Positions 57,971-64,000 of a stretch of DNA of 64,000 nt are shown one piece after another. Position 1 is the first letter of the stretch. The number at the start of each line of letters is the position of its first letter. Under the pieces are notes generated by a model. The model was not told the origin of the DNA. It saw only the letters and a list, made by a program, of their open reading frames with translations, and searched no databases. The stretch is from Candidatus Tayloriibacteriota bacterium (GTDB lineage: Bacteria; Patescibacteriota; Minisyncoccia; Phycocordibacterales; PALSA-1337). The translations under genes and the position numbers were made by a program. Where the stretch lies: contig JBAXUB010000004.1 in assembly GCA_037129895.1 (NCBI GenBank), positions 60-64,059 on the forward strand, written 5' to 3'.

Positions 57971-58836
57971 CTGCCATCCGGTTCCTCTTTTAAAAGGTTA
58001 ACATCATAATTATTTGTCTGCAATATCTTACAGACATTCAGCATGTTCAGGATGGAGTGAACCTCAAGCAATATTATAGGTCTTGCGGTTTTTAAGGTCA
58101 CAGCCGCACCTTGTAAGGCTAGGTGTTCCGCACCCTCAATATCTATTTTTATCATGTAGGGAATGTTGGTTCTATTGTTCGAGACTTCGTTATCTATCGA
58201 TGTCATCTCTACATTAGCCCTTTCAAATCCACGGGATCGCTCGAAAGCAGCCTTTTCGGATATTGTATCCGCAGTATCGACAAAACTGCCACTACTGGAT
58301 CCATCCTCAATAGTTTTTCCGAAAATAAAGTCAACTCGTCCAGTTTTTTCAGCTACAGCTTTCTCTACTAATGTGATTCTTTCAGATAACTCAGGATTCA
58401 TCTTTGTTATCATCTTTATCCGATAAATGTTCGCAGCATTTGGTTCGAATGTATATACATGACCACCTTTTCCAACCATTTTTGCAAAACATAATGCACT
58501 GTATCCGACATGTGCTCCTATATCAAATACAATCTTGTCAGCCACGTTGTACTTTTCCATGTAATTGATAAAAAAATCATCATATGTGCCATTCAGCATT
58601 TCTTTTTGCCAAGCCCCACTCGGATCGACATACAATTTGACACCCTTTAGAAGTCCAGATTTTATCGTGTTCCATGATGAAACGTATTTCGATGGGAGGT
58701 ACTTATGTGCGGAGGTTTTTATCTTTTTGTAGACAGAAAGCTTCTTGAATCTCAAAAAAATGCAGGAGGGTATTAGCTTATTTATGAGCTCGTATGAATT
58801 TTCCTGTGTAATTTTTTTCATATGCGATGAATCCAT
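57934..58836 (-). CDS. FkbM-family methyltransferase
   Basis: VFDIGAHVGYSAL motif. Confidence 0.65.
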   Translation of the reverse strand: MDSSHMKKITQENSYELINKLIPSCIFLRFKKLSVYKKIKTSAHKYLPSKYVSSWNTIKSGLLKGVKLYVDPSGAWQKEMLNGTYDDFFINYMEKYNVADKIVFDIGAHVGYSALCFAKMVGKGGHVYTFEPNAANIYRIKMITKMNPELSERITLVEKAVAEKTGRVDFIFGKTIEDGSSSGSFVDTADTISEKAAFERSRGFERANVEMTSIDNEVSNNRTNIPYMIKIDIEGAEHLALQGAAVTLKTARPIILLEVHSILNMLNVCKILQTNNYDVNLLKEEPDGRCFLVAEPIRSL

Positions 58837-58842
58837 ACCAAA

Positions 58843-59790
58843 TTACTTGTTTAAATCGAAGAATCTCTTTTTGTCCTCATTTATCAGTTTTTTCCAAAAA
58901 TCCATGTGTAAGGCGTCCCATTTTGCTTTCTTAATAAAGTTATCATATCTGCGTGCTAGATCGAACTCAGTTAATCCATCCAGCTCGTTCCATTCCTTGA
59001 TTATCCATATGGGAAGTCCTATAGATTCGAAGTATCTCATTGCAACGGAATCTTTGACTATAGGAACAGTACGTACGTACAAAGCCTCCCATGTTCTACA
59101 GCTTTCAATAGCGTTGCCAGGTGGAGAAAAAACAAATTTATATGTCATAAGTTTACGTATGTGCAGAGTCGGTGGAAGCATTTCTGTGAATGTTTCCATG
59201 AGGGGGTGTTGGTTACAATATCTATGGGCTGGTCCACGGACACTGGGATTGGTATGGATGCTGAACCTATAGAGTATATTATTCTTTTTAAAGGGCACAT
59301 ATTTTATCGCTTTCTTTTGTATCATATTGTATACGCTAGGTATGCCATTCATATAGTAGTACCAATTCTCAAGTGCAATAGGTATCGGTGTAATTTTCTC
59401 GTGTTTATAAATATTGTCTTGTGCATAAAAACGGATAATATTTTCATCCAACAAGTCAGCAACCTCTTTGCCAACATCATTGTCTCCGTTATGTTCTATC
59501 AATATGTATGGATTTTTGATTTTAGGGTGGATATTTTTTAGGTATGCCAATAATAGGGGATTACTGACGAAAATGATCTCACCCGGGTTCACATGACTAG
59601 GGTCGAAGGTGATAGTCTCGTCGTGTATATGATTTGCCAATGCTCGATATGAATCACCGCTCGGATAAGGATAACTACTCGGTCGGTTATTCTTCGTAAG
59701 TTTCGAATATAAACGAAATAGGAGCCTTCTGGCTCTGAGTTGGTGTTTGAAGACAAAAACGATCAGCCTGTTTGTGGTTTTGGTTTCCAT
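58843..59790 (-). CDS. hypothetical glycan-cluster protein (putative glycosyltransferase)
   Basis: ORF only. Context. Confidence 0.3.
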   Translation of the reverse strand: METKTTNRLIVFVFKHQLRARRLLFRLYSKLTKNNRPSSYPYPSGDSYRALANHIHDETITFDPSHVNPGEIIFVSNPLLLAYLKNIHPKIKNPYILIEHNGDNDVGKEVADLLDENIIRFYAQDNIYKHEKITPIPIALENWYYYMNGIPSVYNMIQKKAIKYVPFKKNNILYRFSIHTNPSVRGPAHRYCNQHPLMETFTEMLPPTLHIRKLMTYKFVFSPPGNAIESCRTWEALYVRTVPIVKDSVAMRYFESIGLPIWIIKEWNELDGLTEFDLARRYDNFIKKAKWDALHMDFWKKLINEDKKRFFDLNK

Positions 59791-59832
59791 GTCGGCTAAG
59801 TATAGAATATTTATATAGTTTTATCCACATAT

Positions 59833-61872
59833 TTGGACTTGATAAAGAGAGATTATCGATGTAGTATGCCATGTTATATGATTTCCAAGTCCCAAAAAAC
59901 TGATCGGCTCGCAAAGGGTGTTGTACTGATTGGGACCAGTCGGTTTGGGATCAACCATTTAAGGATTTTAAAGACGCTGGAAAAAGAGGGTATGGTCACT
60001 ATTGTCGGGGTTGTTGTAAGGAATAAGAAGAAAAGTTTACAGATAAGGAGTCAATTTGATGTATTAACATATGGAGATCTCGAAGAAATTCCGTGGGCAG
60101 AAGTAGATATCATAGATATAGTTACTCCACCAGAGACACATTTTGATTTGATAAAAAAATGCATAGATAAAGTTGATGTTATAGTAGAGAAACCACTTTG
60201 TATGACCAGTAAAGAGGCACATTTGTTGGAAAGTTTGTCAATTAAAAATAATCATAAGATATTTGTAGGTCACATATTTCGATATCATCCCGTCTCTATC
60301 AAACTGAAGGCATTGTTCAAAGACAAGGAGATGCCGCATAAAATTGTCGGTACGTTCGTAAACACTATAGATACTGATCGGGGAAGAGAACCTTCTTTAG
60401 AACTGTTACATTTTTTTGACGTGGTTGATTTTGTCTGGGGCAGGACTCCAATTGTAGTTAGTTCGCGAAGCGAATCGAGAGTATCTATTGTGGATCATAG
60501 ATATTCTGTCGGACATGATGCGAGATATATTCTTGGATGGAAAGGAATAGAGAAGATAAGGTCTTTGGTGTGTAAATTTGAAGGATTTATATTAAAGGCT
60601 GATTACGTCAAGAATATTATTGAAGTTATAAAGGGTGAGTCAATGAAAACATATGATTGTAGGATTGAGATTGAACCGTTGTATTTGGAACTTAAGGACT
60701 TTATTTTAAATGGTAGGACGAATATCGATGTAGCCACAAGAATTATTGTAATTGCCGAGATGTCTATACCTAGAACTGTGAAGAAGTTATCTGTAGCAAT
60801 ACTGGGTGGAGGAATATTTGGAACTTGCATAGCCGCAGAATTAGGAAAATTTTGTGAGGTTGATCTTTTTGAAAAAAATTCTGATTTGATGCAAGAGGGG
60901 TCATTTGTGAATCAATTCCGACATCACAAGGGGTATCATTATCCTCGTAGTGATGAAACGGTTCTAGATATCCAGCAATCTAGTAATGATTTTGAGAAGG
61001 TTTTCAAAAAGGCTATCATTGACACTTCGAAGACATATTATGGCCTTGCTAAGCACGGATCTATGGTAAATGCTAAACAGTTTTTAGCTTTTTGTCGAAG
61101 ACATAGGTTGCCTTATAAGAAGGCTTTTCCACCGAAAGAGATGTTGTCTAGAGAGGTGATGGACTTATCTATCGAAGTACCTGAACCGAATTATCACCAT
61201 GCGATAATGAAAACATTGGTAAAATCTAGATTGGCTAATGTTCCTGCCGTGAAAGTTTTATATGACACACTAGTGACAGGGTGTCGTTTGGACTCTAGTG
61301 GTAAAAAAGATATATCGTTTAAGCGAAGAGGTCATGAGAAGAAGAAAAGTTTTGATATAGTTATAAATGCTACATACGCTAATTTGAACAGGTTCGCTGA
61401 TTGGGTTGGTTTCGATAAGTATCCAATACGGGTTGATCTGGCAGAAGTATTGATTGTTAGGTTGCCAATAGAACCTTTGTCTATAACGGTTATCGATGGT
61501 CCATTTGCGACACTCATGCCTACAGGGAACCCTAATGAATTTACTTTGTATCATGTTAAGGAATCAATAATAGATCGATATGTGCCGACGGACGGCCTAG
61601 TGAAAAAAATTGGACCAGGAAAAACACGACAGCAAATAATATTTGATGAAAGTTTGAAATTGTTTCCAATATTAAAAAGAGCAGAGATTGTTGAATCAAG
61701 AATTGTTCACAGAGGAGTTCAGGCATATCATGAGCATGATGATTCTAGGGTGGCCGATATTATAGAACACGGTTTTGGTTGCTGGTCTATTCTGAGTGGC
61801 AAAATATTGAGTTCAGTAACTACAGCGAAGAAATTAGCTAAAACAATTAAGCAGATGGCCGAAAAATCTTGA
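59833..61872 (+). CDS. fusion protein: N-terminal Gfo/Idh/MocA-like NAD(P) oxidoreductase + C-terminal FAD/NAD-binding oxidoreductase domain
   Basis: GVVLIGTSRFGINH Rossmann at the N-terminus. Second dinucleotide-binding motif VAILGGGIFGTCIAAELGK at ~residue 315. Confidence 0.5.
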   Translation: MDLIKRDYRCSMPCYMISKSQKTDRLAKGVVLIGTSRFGINHLRILKTLEKEGMVTIVGVVVRNKKKSLQIRSQFDVLTYGDLEEIPWAEVDIIDIVTPPETHFDLIKKCIDKVDVIVEKPLCMTSKEAHLLESLSIKNNHKIFVGHIFRYHPVSIKLKALFKDKEMPHKIVGTFVNTIDTDRGREPSLELLHFFDVVDFVWGRTPIVVSSRSESRVSIVDHRYSVGHDARYILGWKGIEKIRSLVCKFEGFILKADYVKNIIEVIKGESMKTYDCRIEIEPLYLELKDFILNGRTNIDVATRIIVIAEMSIPRTVKKLSVAILGGGIFGTCIAAELGKFCEVDLFEKNSDLMQEGSFVNQFRHHKGYHYPRSDETVLDIQQSSNDFEKVFKKAIIDTSKTYYGLAKHGSMVNAKQFLAFCRRHRLPYKKAFPPKEMLSREVMDLSIEVPEPNYHHAIMKTLVKSRLANVPAVKVLYDTLVTGCRLDSSGKKDISFKRRGHEKKKSFDIVINATYANLNRFADWVGFDKYPIRVDLAEVLIVRLPIEPLSITVIDGPFATLMPTGNPNEFTLYHVKESIIDRYVPTDGLVKKIGPGKTRQQIIFDESLKLFPILKRAEIVESRIVHRGVQAYHEHDDSRVADIIEHGFGCWSILSGKILSSVTTAKKLAKTIKQMAEKS

Positions 61873-63382
61873 ATGCGAAGGTTTTTATTGAAATCTCATC
61901 CTCTTTTTCAAAAAAACCTAGTAACCAATATATAAGGATATACATTATTCCTGTAAGGGCGCTTGCGATAAGTAGTGAGAAGAGATTGTGAATTGTGTAT
62001 ACCGTCAAATAATGCGATATAAGAAATACTATTAGTGAGACGGCAATATTTCCGGAGATCATATGGAGATAGTATCTTTTCCGATTAGATAATTTTAAAT
62101 AATGCTTTTCTGTAAAGTAAAACATGAATGCTACTGGAAGTAATGAAAGCAGGTAGGCGTATGCTGCTCCTTTTATTCCGGCCATAGGTAAAAAAATTAT
62201 GAGTAATATGGTATTAAATACAGCCATTGTAATAGAAATTGTAGTCAAGAATTTTAGCTTTCCTAATCCGAGTAGAAAACTCGATAATGGGCCAGACAAT
62301 GCTAGGATGAAGTTTGTGACCGCCAGCACAACCAATACAGTCGTGGCCTTTTCCGCAAAATCAGGAGATATCCAATAAGTAAGTATTTCTTTTGCAAATG
62401 AAATAGTCGTTACTGTTATGGCTGCAGAAATGACAGTTATCAGTCGAAAGGAGCGTATATATAACTGTTTAATTTTCTCTGTCTCTCCAAGCCCGTTCAA
62501 ACTGGAAGTCATTGGAAACATTATCGTAGACAGGCTATTTGCAACACCAGGAATCCTAGTTGTGATATTTCCGGGCAGACTATAATAGGTTAGGTTGGAC
62601 GGGCCCAGGAAGAATGGCATTATTAGTCTGTCGAGATAAGTGAGTGAAGTTGTTGCGATATTGTTTGTAAAGGTTACTAGGCCAAATTTGTAGCATTTAA
62701 TTGCTTCAGCAGTATCCCATGAAAGTTTATAGTTGGCCTCGGGTAAAATTTTATGTATGATTGATTTTTGAACAAAAAATGATATCACGGTTATGAATAA
62801 TATGGTGACAAATATTGAGTTGATTGAATATCCAAGTAATATGAGAGTCAATATGGATAATTGCTGGATAGTCAGGGTAATGATGCCAATCTTTGAACTA
62901 ATATCGAATCTTTGTAGGGAAGTAAATGAAAGTGAGTATATAGAGGTAATAGAGGTAATGAAAAATAGAATTCCTGCAGCGATTATGCCGATCCTGTATG
63001 GCTGGACTTCAATATACAGACTATTGACTATTGGTATAGAAGCTCCAAATATAAATATCAATGCACCCACCAAGCCGATGACAAAGAAAATAATCTTAGA
63101 TGTTGAAATCAATGTTTTAGTCTTTTCACGTTCCCCTTTGGCATGATATTCGGCCAGATATTTGCTAACTGCGGCTGAGAGGCCAAAATCAATAAGCCCA
63201 AGGACACTAATTCCGGTATTAATAAACGTGTAAATACCAAAAATTCTGATACCCATTGAGTGCACTACTAGAGGGGTGATGAATATGGCAAAACATATTG
63301 GCCAAACGAACCCCAATACGCTCCAAGAAATGTTCGTAAGTGCTCGGTGAGAAGTATATTCCATTACACGTAACTCTACCAT
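61847..63382 (-). CDS. Wzx-like polysaccharide flippase (MOP superfamily)
   Basis: ~12-14 predicted TM helices. 511 aa. Typical flippase topology. Confidence 0.6.
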   Translation of the reverse strand: MVELRVMEYTSHRALTNISWSVLGFVWPICFAIFITPLVVHSMGIRIFGIYTFINTGISVLGLIDFGLSAAVSKYLAEYHAKGEREKTKTLISTSKIIFFVIGLVGALIFIFGASIPIVNSLYIEVQPYRIGIIAAGILFFITSITSIYSLSFTSLQRFDISSKIGIITLTIQQLSILTLILLGYSINSIFVTILFITVISFFVQKSIIHKILPEANYKLSWDTAEAIKCYKFGLVTFTNNIATTSLTYLDRLIMPFFLGPSNLTYYSLPGNITTRIPGVANSLSTIMFPMTSSLNGLGETEKIKQLYIRSFRLITVISAAITVTTISFAKEILTYWISPDFAEKATTVLVVLAVTNFILALSGPLSSFLLGLGKLKFLTTISITMAVFNTILLIIFLPMAGIKGAAYAYLLSLLPVAFMFYFTEKHYLKLSNRKRYYLHMISGNIAVSLIVFLISHYLTVYTIHNLFSLLIASALTGIMYILIYWLLGFFEKEDEISIKTFAFKIFRPSA

Positions 63383-63479
63383 GACTTTGACTTCCTGTTG
63401 AGTATTTACTCATTATTCAGTATGATGTATAAATTCTACTATTAATAATTAATAAAGTGAGTTAAATAACATACCTACC

Positions 63480-64000
63480 ATGTCCATAAAAAAGATCGCT
63501 CATTACACATCCATTGTCGCCCTATTCCTCGTCCCATTATTTCCACTCATCATCGCTAACACATATTTCTTCCCATTCATAACAGGGAAGGCGTTCTATT
63601 TTCGAATACTCGTGGAGATAGCATTTGCCGCATGGATCATCCTTGCTTTCCTCGATGCAAAATATAGGCCGAAGCTTACAGCGATGAATGTTGCCGTCAC
63701 TCTATTCGCTGTCATTGCTCTCGTCGCAGATCTACTCGGGGTAAATCCTATACGCAGTATGTGGTCCAATTTCGAGCGTATGGAGGGTTGGATAACAGTT
63801 ATACATCTATGGGCATTCTACATAACCGCTTCATCTCTCTTTGGATCTGGAGCAGAGGCGAGGAAGTTGTGGCATCGATGGTTGAATGTAACCACGGTGG
63901 TTGCGACCTTCATCTCTCTGTATGGTCTAGGTCAACTATTTGGCTGGTTCGCTATCCATCAATCCGCTGCTCGTCTCGATGCTACTATAGGTAACGCCGC
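63480..64000 (+). CDS. polytopic membrane protein, 3-prime partial (possible GT-C glycosyltransferase / O-antigen polymerase-like)
   Basis: ORF runs off the window end. Multiple hydrophobic helices. Confidence 0.3.
   Translation, partial: MSIKKIAHYTSIVALFLVPLFPLIIANTYFFPFITGKAFYFRILVEIAFAAWIILAFLDAKYRPKLTAMNVAVTLFAVIALVADLLGVNPIRSMWSNFERMEGWITVIHLWAFYITASSLFGSGAEARKLWHRWLNVTTVVATFISLYGLGQLFGWFAIHQSAARLDATIGNA

Noticed and set aside
1-64000. CRISPR arrays or cas genes.
   Set aside because: No regularly spaced short direct repeats were found. The only repeats are those described above.

Overview
This is a low-GC bacterial chromosomal segment with candidate-phyla-radiation-like character. Supporting signs are K-rich extensions on ribosomal proteins, a type IV pilin, and a compact Mur/MraY set. 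The core region carries tuf plus the S10/spc ribosomal-protein cluster in order: rpsJ, rplC, rplD, rplW, rplB, rpsS, rplV, rpsC, rplP, rpmC, rpsQ, rplN, rplX, rplE. The cluster stops abruptly after rplE. Directly behind it lies a complete diversity-generating retroelement (DGR). Its parts are an AAA+ (MoxR/AAA_5-like) ATPase whose C-terminus carries the variable region (VR), an adenine-rich template repeat (TR), an Avd-like four-helix-bundle gene, and a DGR-type reverse transcriptase with IGxxxSQ and YADD motifs. A zincin(HExxH)+vWA protein follows, then a second shorter target gene that carries an exact 602-bp duplicate of the VR-bearing 3-prime module. Next come tRNA-Leu(CAG), a ~110-nt structured element that re-duplicates the last 22 nt of that tRNA, tRNA-Ile(GAU), and the second of two paralogous Bro-N/DinD-like genes. 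Further features are a HigB/HigA-like toxin-antitoxin pair, murD, a MurC/Mpl-like ligase, mraY, an ATP-grasp ligase, rsmI and pyruvate kinase. A ~16-kb glycan-biosynthesis island holds many glycosyltransferases, a Wzx-like flippase and at least seven SAM-dependent methyltransferases. Several repeat families have no obvious precedent. One is a 65-nt core with covarying internal hairpins embedded in locus-specific 30-bp inverted repeats, present three times. Another is a 25-nt AT-rich motif in front of six ribosomal-protein genes that lack a Shine-Dalgarno sequence. A third is a set of palindromic AGAGGTC-t-GACCTCT elements. The DGR-diversified AAA+ ATPase/vWA-zincin module is the most interesting candidate for an undescribed system.
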